DNA of 63,404 bases, filler included, from Scyliorhinus canicula (GCF_902713615.1; 4 parts of 4 records of this genome joined end to end with filler, not necessarily neighbours in it); one strand, 5' to 3'. Positions 25,828-38,478 are shown, numbered from the whole stretch's first letter. A program made the numbers and translations. Notes: a model not told the origin generated them from the letters alone.

Positions 25828-25864
25828 TCACCTGAAGAAGGAGCCGTGCTCCGAAAGCTCGTGT
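25828..25864 (+). ncRNA. Minimal type I hammerhead ribozyme motif at a Penelope-like terminus
   Basis: CAC-CTGAAGA-A-GGAGC(cgt)GCTCC-GAA-AGCT-C-GTG: intact core, perfect stem II, palindromic stem III. Confidence 0.65.
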
Positions 25865-25996
25865 TTGAAACAAACCTGTTGGACTTTAACCTGGTGTTGT
25901 AAGACTTCTTGCTCTTCTAAATTCCAGCAGGTGTAAGCCTAGCTTGTCCAACCTTTCCCCTGAAGCCATCGCACCCATTACATGTATTAATGTGAT

Positions 25997-27680
25997 ACGC
26001 CGGCCCTAGGGTTGCTGGCGCCCCGGGCAAGCTGAACTTCGGCGCCCTTGCAAGTATAATCACGATGAAAAATCAGTGATCACAGCAAATAACTTACCGC
26101 TCAAGGACAAGATTCTTGTTGTTTTAATTGCTTCTCTGTCCGAATTTGCCAACGCAATTCAGCAAATTGCCATATTCGCCATTTGAGCGGTGCAGTTATT
26201 TTTAAAAGTTTGGGCTTTTTGTTCAAACTAGATCCGAAAATGTTTAACAACGCAGTGCAAGTTACCTCAACATATGCAGCAGAAAATAAAGCTATGAAAC
26301 GTGATGTAATGATTTTAGATACAGAATTGTACGGATCAGTAACACGTTTATTTCTAAAAGTCTGAAAATGGATTGTAATGATAACATTGTTCTATCGTGG
26401 TTTCATTATGGACAGCCAACTGTGGCAAACACACTAACTTTGAAAATACACTAAAAACGTACTTTGTTATAAGTGCACATATATCCCAACTAAAGCTAGC
26501 CTCGTTGTCCATAAAAGACAGAGGCAGATAATGTGGGAAGGTGTGGGCAGATGTGGAATGTCAAATAATACATGAGAGAAAAAATATGATTACGAATTTA
26601 ATCCACTCTGGTCAGTCCCCGCTTGAACATGGTGCCTGTTTTGTCGTGGTACAGAAGTATTTTTACCGATCGCCCGGGGAGAGAGAAAACACGTTTCCCT
26701 CAAGTGCTAAATGGACAACATTCCAACGTCCTGACGCCGAAGCAAACGTGTCCTCTTCTTTCCTCTTAGCACGATGTTAATTCATCAACCAAACTGGTGC
26801 TTTGCACAAAGAAGTTTCAAACATCTGTGTCTATATTAATGTGGAGATGGAACTGTGATGATACAAGGTGTAGTTATCATGTCGCGGATTTGTGTTAAAA
26901 CAAAGGAAGAAAACGATTCGTTGCAAATTTAAAACGCACAATTTTAATTCAACCCATTCCTGTATTCCCTCGCTTCCAAACATGCTTTGAACTTCGAAAG
27001 ACATTGCTTTTAGTCAGCACCAGGCTGTCAAAGGAGAACTGGTTTTAAAAAAACACATTGACAAACTGTTCGATTATAATTTCCGTAGTTCAGTCATTAA
27101 CCCCTCCCAGAATGATTTGGGATGGTCAAACTTTATGACATGATAATACGACAACATGGACACCGCCCAAAACATTTCTATTTTACTTTGGTGCTCAATT
27201 ACTTTTTAAATTTAAAAAACGCCAGTTAAATAAAATGTTTACCACCGGGAGACAAGCCTCACTGAGAGTTTCTCTTTGGGTGGGAGGGGGCGACGGAGAT
27301 CACAGGTTGCATTCTGTATTGATGGGAGTCTAGAATTAAATCTGGCAATTGCTAAAAACACAATATTTTCCTGTGCTGTTTTCCATGGGGACAGTTGGTT
27401 GAGTGGTAGATTTTAAAGAAACAAAGCTTAAGAGTTATTTCTTTACCCGGTCTCTGTTTCCACGTGTGCAGGCCTGCATTCATTAACGCAATTCCTCCAC
27501 ATTTCAACATCAATTCACAGGACAAACCCAGGAGCTGCATGAGGGAGAGAGAGAAAAAAAATCATGAATATTTAAGCTCCCTCGCTACCTTCCAACCAAA
27601 GGCATCACTCCTTGATGGCGCCCCCTAGCACATGGCGCCCCGGGCGACTGCCCGAGTTGCCGGTACCTTGAGCCGGTCCT
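25997..27680. mobile_element. Degenerate DNA transposon with GC-rich hAT-like ends
   Basis: GCCGGCCCTAGG..GGCGCCCCGGGC at the left; GGCGCCCCGGGC..GAGCCGGTCCT at the right (imperfect inverted ends); AT-rich interior with no intact ORF. Confidence 0.45.
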
Positions 27681-27839
27681 CCATTGAACTTCAGAAGCCC
27701 AGTTACATCTTTCCTGAAAAATGTCACTGGTGCCCTGCACAGCTGGAATGTCATCTCCTTAATTACATGTCGTATGTGTACAGCACCCTTCTGTGCTCAA
27801 GGACACCCAAATCCCTCTGCACCTCAATCGTGCAGCTGC

Positions 27840-29190
27840 TGTAGTTTACATGGATTTCAGCAAAGTATTTGACAAGATGGGACATGGGAGACTTATAAGT
27901 GAAATTAAATGAAATGAAAATCGCTTATTTTCACGAGTAGGCTTCAAATGAAGTTACTGTGAAAAGCCCCTAGTCGCCACATTCCGGCACCTATTCGGGG
28001 AGGCTGCTACGGGAATCGAACCGTGCTTGCTGGCCTGCTTGGTCTGCTTTCAAAGCCAGCGATTTAACTGTGTATAAAGAAGACACAGGGGAATTTGATA
28101 AGGTGCATTCGAAGCTGGCTGAGCTGTAGGAAACAGAGGGCGATGACAGACGGCCGCTTTACTGACTAGACGCCGCGTCCAATGGCGTACCACAGGGATC
28201 TGTGCTGGGTGCCCTATTATTTGTTATTTATATAAATGTCTTAGATGACTATGTGGGCGTAGGATGAGTAAGTTTGCAGATGACACAAAAATAGGCCGGA
28301 TAGTTAACAGTGAGGCTGAAAGTCTTGGATTATAGGAAGATTACCGGACTACGGGCAGAAAAGTGGCAGATTTAATTTAATCCTGAAAATTTCGAGGTGT
28401 TAAACTTTGGCAGGAGCAATTTGACAAGGAAATATTAAATGAATGGCACAGCACTGGGAATTCTTGAGTAACAAAACGACCTTGGCTTGTTTGTAAATAA
28501 CTCTCTGAAGGCAGAAGGGCAGGTGAATAGGATGGTGAAAACGGCATATGGTACACTTGCCTTTATAAATCGTGGCATAGATTACAAAAGCAAGGAGATA
28601 GTGTTGGAGTTGTAGAGAACATTGGGTGAGGCCACAGCGGGAGTACTAGGTGCATTTCAGGTCGCCACTTTATAGGAAGGATGTGATTACACTGGAGCGG
28701 GTGCAGGGGCGTTTCACCAGGATGTTGCCTGGGATGGAACATTTTAGTTATGAAGAGAGGTTGGATCAGCTTGGGTTGTTTTTTTCTGTAGCAGAGAAGA
28801 CGGACGGACGGCCTGATTCAGGTGAACACGGTTATGAGGGGCAAGGGCAGGGTGGATGGGAGCAGCTGTTCCTCTTCGTTGAAGGACCAGTTACGAGGAG
28901 ACACAAGTTAAAGGTGAGGCGAAGGAGGTTTAGGGGGAATTTAAGGGAAACCTTTTTACCTAGAGGATGGTGACGGTCTGGAATCCACCTCCTGGGAGGG
29001 TGGTAGAGGCGAGTTGCCTCACATCCTTTAACAAGTACTTGGACGAGCACTTGGTGCATCTAAATATTCGAGGCTATGGGCCAAATGTTGACAAATGAGA
29101 TTGACATTGGCAAATGAAATGCCTTTCATGCGGTGGTGAAGAGTCGATGGGCCAAAGGGCATTTTCTGCAATGCATTGTTCTATGATTCT
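27840..29190 (+). mobile_element. CR1-type LINE fragment with SINE insertion
   Basis: GVPQGSVLG, KFADDTK, LERVQGRFTRMLPG and TRRHKLKV motifs. Confidence 0.85.
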
Positions 29191-30026
29191 CTTAACTCTG
29201 GATTCTCTCGTGATTCAGATAGTATGTTTCTGTTTTATTCTTCCTGCTAAAATGGACACATTTACATTTTCCCAAATTATACATCATTTTTCAGATTTTC
29301 TCACACACTTGGCTAATCATATTTTTGTAACCTCTTTATATGTTATTCTCAAATAATTTTCCCACTTATTTTCTGCTGGTCCTCCTCTCCGACGCATAGG
29401 AATCGCTTCAGAGATCTTCATATTAAATTTAAATTCCAGCTGTCATTTGTCCACCCAGATGAATTTACTAAAGAGCCAGAAAGGAGAACCGACGCAAAGT
29501 CGAAATGAAAGAATGAGGATGAAAGAAGAGAAGTGCCGGGTTTTGTAGATCTCGGGGGAAGAAATCTCCAGGTTCAGTTCATTGCCCCAGTTCACACAGC
29601 AAGCAGGTGAGCGCCGCATAACAGCAAGTTTAGATAAAACACAGAAGAATTGTTCAGTTGATTATGCATCCCTGCGTTTCACATGAACGTGAGGTGAACA
29701 GTGAGGAAAATATTGCCACAATCTGCTAATTACAACTTTCAATTTCCAGAACCCACCAACCTCGACATGGGAACTGACTCTTCCTGTTCTATGACACTTT
29801 CAACTCCTTCAGCCACGTGCAGTCCGGGCTGAGTTTTCTCTGAGTTGTCCAGCATACACTTTAGCATCTGGCGAACACGAAAATGCAGTTCGGCAAATCT
29901 GTGTTTTTACTAGAGCCTCCTTCCAATGTGATAGCCTTTTCCACCCTGGCATATATCTTCCTCCTCTCTCCCTCCTACACTTTACAGGCCTCTCCTTAAG
30001 TGCAGCTATAATTGATTAACCTCTCT

Positions 30027-30125
30027 NNNNNNNNNNNNNNNNNNNNNNNNNNNNNNNNNNNNNNNNNNNNTTAATTAATTAANNNNNNNNNNNNNNNNNN
30101 NNNNNNNNNNNNNNNNNNNNNNNNN
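30027..30125. other. Assembly gap with artificial linker
   Basis: N run around TTAATTAATTAA (stops in all six frames). Confidence 0.97.
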
Positions 30126-31458
30126 NTGTGAGCACAGACCCCCGAGCACAATCCACATATACACCATCTAAAATGATTCACATCGAAGACAGATTCAGTC
30201 CCATTATCGCATTTACTGGGAGCAGAATTAGTTGATGCTGATGTGAGGAGATTTGTGAACTCGTCGCAACCATTGAGAAAACAAACTGTGAAGGTGGTCG
30301 AGAACTATTTATATCACTGACCGCGGTTCAGGAAATCTCTGAAGGACCAGTAATTTTGGGTTTGAAATATGAGTCTGTAGTGCAAACCAATGCCCACCGG
30401 GTGAGGAAAATCTTAATAATCATAATAACCCGATTTCTCAATGTTAATGTCACTGACATATATTAAAACTGAGAATGCTTAATATGGCTGAAAAAATACA
30501 TTTTGAAATGAAAAATGAAATGAAAATCGCTTATTGTCACGAGTAGGCTTCAATGAAGTTACTGTGAAAAGCCCCTAGTCGCCACATTCCGGCGCCTGTC
30601 CGGGGAGGCTGGTTCGGGAATCGAACCGTGCTGTTGGCCTGCTTTAAAAGCCAGCGATTTAGCTGAGTGAGCTAAATCATCCCCTTTTCGATTGTTTCCC
30701 CTGACATTGCTGTTCTTACCATTGTCCTGACGAGTACAGGACGATAAACGTCGATATTTATTTTCAGCAATGCTCAGGTCTGTGCTCACAAACAATCAAT
30801 CCTTAATTTAGAAAATGTACAGGAGTTATTTTCCGGACATGATTAGAAGTTGATGAATAATGCTAAATAAGTAAATTATCCTTAAGGTCAGATTTCGCGC
30901 GTTCTAGACACCTCGACTAATGGTAACTTCAAAAGTCAAATGGAAAAGAACATCAGAAAGCGCCAGGAGCGCGGTAGCGAATCTGAACACACCGGACAAG
31001 ACTTTATGCACAAAGTTTTTGTACTTTTGTCCTGAGCTCCCCTCAGTGTTATATGCCTGCTACTGCATTTACGCCGTTTGTGTCACTGCTTTAAAGACTG
31101 GAATACAATATCAAATATTTTCATAGCATTTTTGTCGCAATATATTTAATTTGGAAACTGGAACAAATGCTCTAAAAACATATCATAACGTTATGCTCAG
31201 AATGTATTCGATGTAAAATGGAGCAGAGGAAACCTCCTCAGCGCTGCCCGGACAGGCGCCAGAGTGTGACGACTAGGGGATTTTCACAGTAACTTCATTG
31301 CAGTGTTAATGAAAGCCTACTTGTGACAATAAAGATTATTATTATCTATTGCTTGTCAATCATTTGGATTTATTTCAAATCAGAAAAATCTGCTGATTGG
31401 TTCGCAAAGTCCAGCTTTTCGCCCTTAGCCATCTGTTCTCTTTGTCACACTGCGGCAG

Positions 31459-31497
31459 TGTTTTTGTACGAGGCTCTCTCGAGTTGTTGTCACTGTG
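31459..31497 (-). other. 23-RSS, canonical
   Basis: CACAGTG + 23 bp + ACAAAAACA. Confidence 0.93.
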
Positions 31498-32012
31498 TCT
31501 CTCAGTCCGCAGAAATACACCGCGCTATCAGACAGCCGCAGCTCCCGGGTGGTGAAATTCCCCTCACTTTTCGAAGTGTTTATTGATGAAGAAAATCGAG
31601 ACTCCACACCCACTGCTCTGGGAACGTTTCCGTAGTTATAGATGTAGATCAATAATGTGGGGGCTTTGTTCCTGTCCTGCCGGTACAGCTGTAAATAATA
31701 TGAAGCAGCTGTGATCAAATACCTGTAATTAATGGTCACCGAGTCTCCTTCAAATTGTGTCACTGCAAGCGGCTCCTGAGAGACAGAATCTTCACTTCTG
31801 ACCGCTGAAAACATTTAGAAATAGAAGACTTTATTTTTTAATTGTCACGATTGTTTCAAGTTAAGGCAATAGATTGCAAACGGAGGAGAGATGCATTTAA
31901 ATGATGATTTATATGTCGATATCACGAGCAAAGTGAAAATGGTGCAACTTCGGAACTTACCAGTTAAGAGAACTGCGGCTGCGAGAAATGTGTAAAAGAT
32001 AACAGCCAACAT
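31498..32012 (-). pseudogene. TCR alpha/delta V, open frame but lacking the first Cys and conserved Trp: complement(join(31498..31804,31961..32012))
   Basis: Leader MLAVIFYTFLAAAVLLT/gtaag; DSVSQ..VTINY (C to Y), LQLYRQ (W to L), DSAVYFCGLRD. Confidence 0.85.
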
Positions 32013-32218
32013 GTTCACAGAGCTGGTGGTGGATTTAAACAGAGTGAGTTGAAGCTGAATTGTTTCAGATAAGACTTGACAAGATGTTGAGTCATATCCC
32101 ACCTCACGACTGATTGGTTCGTTCCTGACAGAGTCTAAAGACGGCACCCAATCAGCCCTGAGCTCCTGTGCCCTAAATTTCATCCAATCAACTCAAAGTT
32201 TCTTTGTTCTCAACTCCA

Positions 32219-32226
32219 TGACGTCA
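32219..32226. promoter_or_regulatory. CRE palindrome in V promoter, with nearby CCAAT boxes
   Basis: TGACGTCA about 210 bp upstream of the minus-strand ATG. Confidence 0.6.
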
Positions 32227-32778
32227 GAACAAGGGTCCTGGAACCACATGAAACTGTTCTCAGAACAATGAACTGAACTGAATAGCTTCAGAGAATAAGA
32301 AACAGGAGCTGCAGGGGACCATTTGCTCCTTCACTTGGGCCTGGTCTGTCATTCAATAAGATCATGGCTGTTCTACCTCACATCTACCCTCCTGCACTAT
32401 CCACAACTGTCTATTTGCCTTAATATCCGCAGATCTTTGGAACCATCCTTGAAGAAACTCAGCGACTGAACAACTACGTTCTCTGTGCTACAGACTAATA
32501 ATAAAACGAGCATTAAAACAAATGTTGGTTCTTTATCGGGGTTAACATTCGAGATGGTGCACGGATTGTAACAGTTCATGTTGTTCTGATAACAGAATCA
32601 GAGCCTCCCATTTACAGAGCCGCTCGGAGTCCAGTAAATCGGAATGACAAACATTCAGCACCACAGAAAAAGATCATTCGGGCAAGCTGTCATTTATAAT
32701 ATTGTTTTATTAATATTAGCAGTTCACAATTCTACTGACAGATCTGATTCCGTGAAGAGGAGGTGAGAGTGCATTGCA

Positions 32779-32817
32779 GGTTTTTGTACGGGTTGACTGT
32801 GCCTCTGTAACAGTGTG
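32779..32817 (-). other. 23-RSS
   Basis: CACACTG + 23 bp + ACAAAAACC. Confidence 0.92.
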
Positions 32818-33255
32818 GGGCTCAGAGCACAGAGATACACGGCAGAGTCAGAGACACGGACCCCGGTGATATTTAAAGGAACTGTTTTCCTATCCTGGTC
32901 CAAATCAGCAGAAAACCGGTCAGAGAACTCTGGTGACTTATCACCCTGTCCCTTGCTGAACATTTTCAGTAAATATCTCGGAGCTTTCCCCGGGTAGTGG
33001 ATATACCAGAAGAGAGTTGGAGAGGAGAATTGTGCTTTGTAACTGCAGTTCAACATTGCTGTCTGTTCTTCCTGAACCATTAATTCAGGCGGCTCCTGGG
33101 AAACTGAATCTTGGCCACTCGTTCCTGTAACAACATACAGAATGTGTCAGAAATCTGGGAGTAAATATAACCCATGAAACACAGACTGAGGATTTGAGTT
33201 CCGACTCACCGGGCAGCAAGACCATTATTATCAGTAAAGCACACAGCGAGCACAT
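32818..33255 (-). CDS. TCR alpha/delta V gene, intact: complement(join(32818..33124,33210..33255))
   Basis: Leader MCSLCALLIIMVLLP/gtgag; QDSVSQ..MLNC..LFWYIH..DSAVYLCALSP. Confidence 0.92.
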
Positions 33256-34452
33256 GGTTCCTGGTTGTAAAATGAACAGCAACACTGTTTCAAATATGTT
33301 GGTGCTTCTAGTCTCATATCACAGAGTAAACTCAGATCAGAGGCAGATTTCACTTACTGGGAATTTGAGGGGCGTTCCTCCGTGCTACGATTGGCTTGTC
33401 TCGCAGCTTTTATGTCAGCTGTGGACCAGCCTGTTAGTTGAGGACTAAACACAACTAATTCTGTCCAATCAGATTCCACCCCTGGTTGTGTTTTTCAGTT
33501 TGTTCCCTTTTCTCTGTCTCATATTATCCGTCATTTTGTCTTTTTCTGGGTGTAACTCGCTTTTCTTCAAAATTAATATTGATCTATTTGTTTCGGTAGA
33601 TCTTTATCTCTAATCAAGCTGGAAGGTGAAAGAAATCATTTTAGATCAGCCTAATGCACAATAATGAACGATTAATGCAATCCAGTGCATGAGCATTATT
33701 AATAGTTACTGTTTTGAGGAGACCAGGGATAAATAGTGAACCAACTCCACACCGAGATGCGGTTCCACTCGGGTTACCTTTGTAAAGTACTGATTTCCAT
33801 CATTATTTTTACGACAGGATCTTTACAATATGATAACTCTGACTGTGCCATTAGCTCACATTTCGAAGATGCCAACTGACAAATAGGCACCAGACCCAGA
33901 GCCTTTGCAAGTACAGCTTTGTGACGTTGTGCGCCAATTCACGTACCCTGAACATCTTTGGTTTGTGGGAATGAGACCCACGCAAACATGGAGAGAATGT
34001 GCAAACTCCACACAGCCAGTAACCCGGGGCCGGATTGAACCCAGGTCTTCAATGCCATGCGACAGCAGTGCTAACCACTGCGCTACCCAGTGTTTATACC
34101 GAGTTGATACTATTTGCTATTATCTGCGAGTTTATGTGGAATCTCCCATCTAGACACTACATAGATATTACCGATCGTTAATTATATTTTGGCCCATGAC
34201 TCCTAATAGTTAGTCCGGATTGATGAGCATTACTCAATGTGCCACAGCGCCGCCAGTATTGCCAGAAACATTTCCAACTTAATCTCTCTCAGTGAATTGG
34301 ACTGGACTCAGTCAAAGATTGGGAAGGAGAAAGCGAACCAGGGCTCTATTCAGCTCAGTGCAGTGCGCGAGTTGTGGAGGGGAGTCTATTGTGATCTCAT
34401 TCGCCTCCCATCCCACCGGAGTTTGTGAGTTTGTGAAGCCCGTGCATGAATT

Positions 34453-34468
34453 TGGCGCCCTCTGCTGC
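34453..34468 (-). promoter_or_regulatory. CTCF-like motif
   Basis: GCAGCAGAGGGCGCCA on the minus strand matches the CTCF core. Confidence 0.5.
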
Positions 34469-34990
34469 TGGATTCTGCTAACTCTGCGTCAGAATTCTGC
34501 TACTGAGTGGATTCAGAGTTTACTGCAATACACACCAGGGCGGGAAACCGAGCCAGAAATCTACATTTCAGCTGTTTAGACACTGTTGTTGTTACTGTGG
34601 GTGTTTTAAATCAGACAATGATGCTTAATTTGTGCAAATGACCGTTGGAGTTCTCTGTTTAGCCCTGGGAGGACGAAGTCAAAAGATTGCCAAGAATTTG
34701 GAGGACAGGCGGAGGTTATAAATCAGAATGATAACAGGGCTGAACAGACTAGTTTTGTTCATTTTGATCATAACGAAGCTACAAAAGCGAGTAAACGGAT
34801 GCTCTCAGAATTTTGTTTTTATCAGAGACTCGATTATACAGAATTGTTTAATTAGCTGAAAGCACAACGTCCTAAAAAGAAGACAGGAAGGGGTGAATGA
34901 CAGTTCATGTTTGTGGGCGATAATGAAGCATGACAGATAATTTTCAATGTATCAGTACAAAGTGAGCTGAGGGTTCACGCAGCCGCACCG

Positions 34991-35062
34991 AGGCACAGGC
35001 AAGACTTAAACCCGCGACTTTTGGTTTACAAAACCAACGTTTTCCTTCTTGGCCACCGCACC
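34991..35062 (-). pseudogene. tRNA-Thr pseudogene (anticodon TGT)
   Basis: GGTGCGGTGGCCAAG..GGTTTTGTAAACC..TGTGCCT; B-box and T-loop mutated. Confidence 0.7.
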
Positions 35063-35849
35063 ATGCACTATCAAACAGCATTTATTGTACTGTGATTTGA
35101 TACCATTTGGCGTCTGGCGCCGAAATTGACGAGGGAAGAAGAATCAATAGAACATGTCAACAGGTAGGAACTTGAGAACGGAAAACATCACGGGGTTGAA
35201 ATGCAGGGTAAAAAGGGCAGTAGAAAAAGCTCTTTCAAATAGGCATATGTAGTGTCAGTTGAATCTGGCCCCTTACGGCCCCTCCGACACAATATTGTTC
35301 TCAGTGAGTTGACCCGTGAGCAGATGCAGGATGGTCAAAGGCGGTTGGATACTCAATTGTCGCTATTTCCGCTCCATCACTTGTTACTGCAGCTGATCAT
35401 CGCCGCACACATTTTGAACTTTGAGTCTGCGGTGTCCCTGGTCACAGTTTCCGTTTGCTGGTCGCACTCCAACATCATTGTGATACTCGCGACTCTTGTG
35501 TCTGGTTGGATCAGCAGTGCAGTGGGACCTGAATCTCAGCTCTGACAGATAATTGCCTGCCCTGAAGAGCGATTGGATCTGGAACTATCGCGGAGAACAG
35601 CTTCGCCGCTCTCCTCGTTATGATCTCGCTACTCAGTGTTTTCTTCACGGCAAAACCCCCATTCTCCACTCACTGTGGAACCAGGTATTATTGTTCATTA
35701 AATTGTAATGATGATGCTGCAGGTGAACGTGATGTTGGTCGACATGAGGCTGATTGTGAATTTTGCAAGTATTTTAATTTTCTGTTGGTTTCTATCAGAC
35801 TGGAGCCACCAAGACCCAGTGGAGCAGTTGGATACTGAAATATGAGTTG

Positions 35850-36420
35850 AAGAGGATATTAATGCCACACATCAAGTTTTGGTCTCCTTACTTGAGAAAG
35901 GACATACTGGCACTGGAGGGTGTGCAGAGGAGATTCACTAGGTTAATCCCAGAGCTGAAGGGGTTGGATTATGAGGAGAGGTTGAGTAGACTGGGACTGT
36001 ACTCGTTGGAATTTAGAAGGATGAGGGGGGATCTTATAGAAACATTTAAAATTATGAAGGGAATAGATAGGATAGATGCGGGCAGGTTGTTTCCACTGGC
36101 GGGTGAAAGCAGAACTAGGGCCATAGCCTCAAAATAAGGGGAAGTAGATTTAGGACTGAGTTTAGGAGGAACTTCTTCACCCAAAGGGTTGTGAATCTAT
36201 GGAATACCTTGTCCAGTGAAGCAGTTGAGGCTCCTTCTTTAAAAGTTTTTAAGGTAAAGATAGATAGTTTTTTGAAGAATAAAGGGATTAAGGGTTATGG
36301 TGTTCGGGCCAGAAACTGGAACTGAGTCCAGAAAACATCATCCATGATCTCATTGAATGGCGGAGCAGGCTCGAGGGGCCAGATGGCCTACTCCTGCTCC
36401 TAGTTCTTATGTTCTTATGT
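35850..36420 (+). mobile_element. CR1-type LINE 3' fragment with GTTCTTAT tail
   Basis: Closely similar to 2660-3170. Confidence 0.9.
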
Positions 36421-36529
36421 AATCGATCCTGACGATCCTGATACAATGTCAACATCCGGGCAGCCTGCACGGTTCATGTTCCATCTGATTGTAGAGAATC
36501 TGTGTAGCAGCAAAGGTAGAAGTGATCTC

Positions 36530-37260
36530 TGACACACTGCCTACCTTTGTTCTGCCATTAACACATTCTGACCGCTTGATGCGCCATCAGCACCTTTCAT
36601 AGCCTTGATTAGCCTCATTTGCATTCCCTTTTTCATTCTGCCCGAGACATTTTCGTCATTTCCCACCTATTGCTAGCCCTCTATCGAGGCCCAATACAGC
36701 ACTCCACGACCCCCACCCCCCACCCACTGAATTGAACATTAAGGCCCAAGCACTGAATTTTCGGCAGGCAATGAGAGGTGAAGAATTTTCATACATTGGC
36801 ACAGCTCGGATATTAGCAGCTACTTCATCCACAACAGAATTTCAGCGATTTCCAAATGAACATATTTAATCACCATCTCAAACATGTCTAAATGTGTGAC
36901 AAATGCAACTTACTGCTGATGCTTCAAACGGAAACAAAAACAGAAAATACTGGATAATCTCAGCAGGTCTGACAGCCTCTGGGGAGCGAAATGGCAGCTG
37001 TCGTTTCCAGTCAAGTGGACTCTTTGTCAAAGCTCGAGAATTGGAACTGGAGATTCAGACGATTGTGGGTGGGGGGTGGGGGTGGTGGAGTGCTGTATTG
37101 GGCCTCGATAGAGGGCTAGCAAAAGGTGGGAAATGACGAAAATGTCTCGGGAAAGAAGAAAAAGGGAATGTAAATGAGGCTAATCAAGGCTATGAAAGGT
37201 GCTGATGGCGCATCAAGCGGTCAGAATGTGTTAATGGCAGAACAAAGGTAAGCAGTGCGT
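36530..37260. repeat. Inverted repeat of Penelope-like 3' sequence (arms about 200 bp)
   Basis: 36530-36728 is the reverse complement of 37062-37260. Confidence 0.85.
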
Positions 37261-38000
37261 CAGATAACAATTACAAACAGGGATCAGATTGCTGAAGTAG
37301 GATGGTATGTGCTGGTGGGAGGTGGGCGATGCTGAGGGTAAAACATATCAATGGAAGGGATGATAAGTTGATGGAAAAAACATGTGGTGCAGGGGGAAGT
37401 GAGAGTTCACAGTCTGAAGTTGTTGAACTGATAAAATGAAAGGAACAAAGAGCTGTCTGAGTCCACCAGAATTAGTCATTAAAATGCCCACACATAGACA
37501 AGCTTCTCGGGAACGTATTGGTTCCATGCAGTTTGAGCTCAGCTTCTCAAAGCAAACCCAATGTGAATGAATCCCGCCGTCTACTCTTCGACAAAGAGTC
37601 ACCCAGGCTCGAAACGACACTTGCCATCTCTCTCTACAGAGGCTGTCAGACCTGATGAGACTGTCCTGTGTTTTCTGTTTTTCTTTCACATTGACGCATA
37701 CGCAGTAAGTTGCTTTTATCGTACATTTAGTCATGTTTGAAAGGGCGATTAAATATGTTCATCTGCATGTGTAAACCCAAAAGATTCTGTGGTGGATGAA
37801 CAAACTGCTAATATCCGAATCGTGGCAAAATAGGGAAGGCTTTTCTTCCCCAGGCGTCTTGAATATTCCGTATTTCTGACTTTGTTGCAGGAATTTTAAT
37901 ATCTCATGAGAGACCAAATCTCATGTTCCTCGAACGTGCGAGATTGAGAAAGAAAGTTATTTTGTGCAAACATTCGTCACACAAAATGAGAAGCACGCAA

Positions 38001-38073
38001 TGTTTCTGCCCGGTTTCGAACCGGGGACCTTTCACACGTGAGGCGAATGTGATAACCACTACACCACAGAAAC
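38001..38073 (-). tRNA. tRNA-Val(CAC) variant
   Basis: GTTTCTGTGGTGTAGTGGTTATCACATTCGCCTCAC..GGTTCGAAACCGGGCAGAAACA; position 37 is G. Confidence 0.75.
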
Positions 38074-38405
38074 TGCTGGAAGCATCGCAATCAGTGGCCC
38101 TGTGCAATGTTGAACCTCAATGTACTGTTGCAGCTTCTAACTGTTCCGCTGAGAGGCCATGTAACTTATTGGAATAAGCCGTTTCTTTAAAACTGATGTC
38201 TCAACTTATCAAAAATCAGATATTGAACTTTGCTGAACTGGAGACAAGTTATGTTTTGCTTGAAGTTAAATTGTGAGGGCAGGGCTTTCAAAAGTAACCA
38301 CAGCTGAAACGAGAATTGATGATGCCCTGCTCAATTTGCTCTGCATCAGGAACCAGCTGTCCAATCCACTGAACGAAAGTGGACGCCAAAACCAGGAGTT
38401 AACTG

Positions 38406-38478
38406 CGAGCCAGCCAGGAGTCGAACCTGGATTTTCCTGATTCGTAGTCAGACACATTATCCATTGCCCCACTGACCC
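38406..38478 (-). tRNA. tRNA-Arg(ACG) variant
   Basis: GGGTCAGTGGGGCAATGGATAA..CTGACTACGAATCAG..GGTTCGACTCCTGGCTGGCTCG. Confidence 0.75.

Noticed and set aside
30071-30082. TTAATTAATTAA palindrome, three times in the window
   Set aside because: Always centred in N runs; an artificial contig linker with stops in six frames. Order and orientation across these gaps are therefore uncertain
29480-30350. Possible very old minus-strand V relics either side of the first gap
   Set aside because: Only short matches (CAGCCCGGACTGCAC, AACTGGGGCA, QWLRR); no Cys-Trp-Cys frame or RSS
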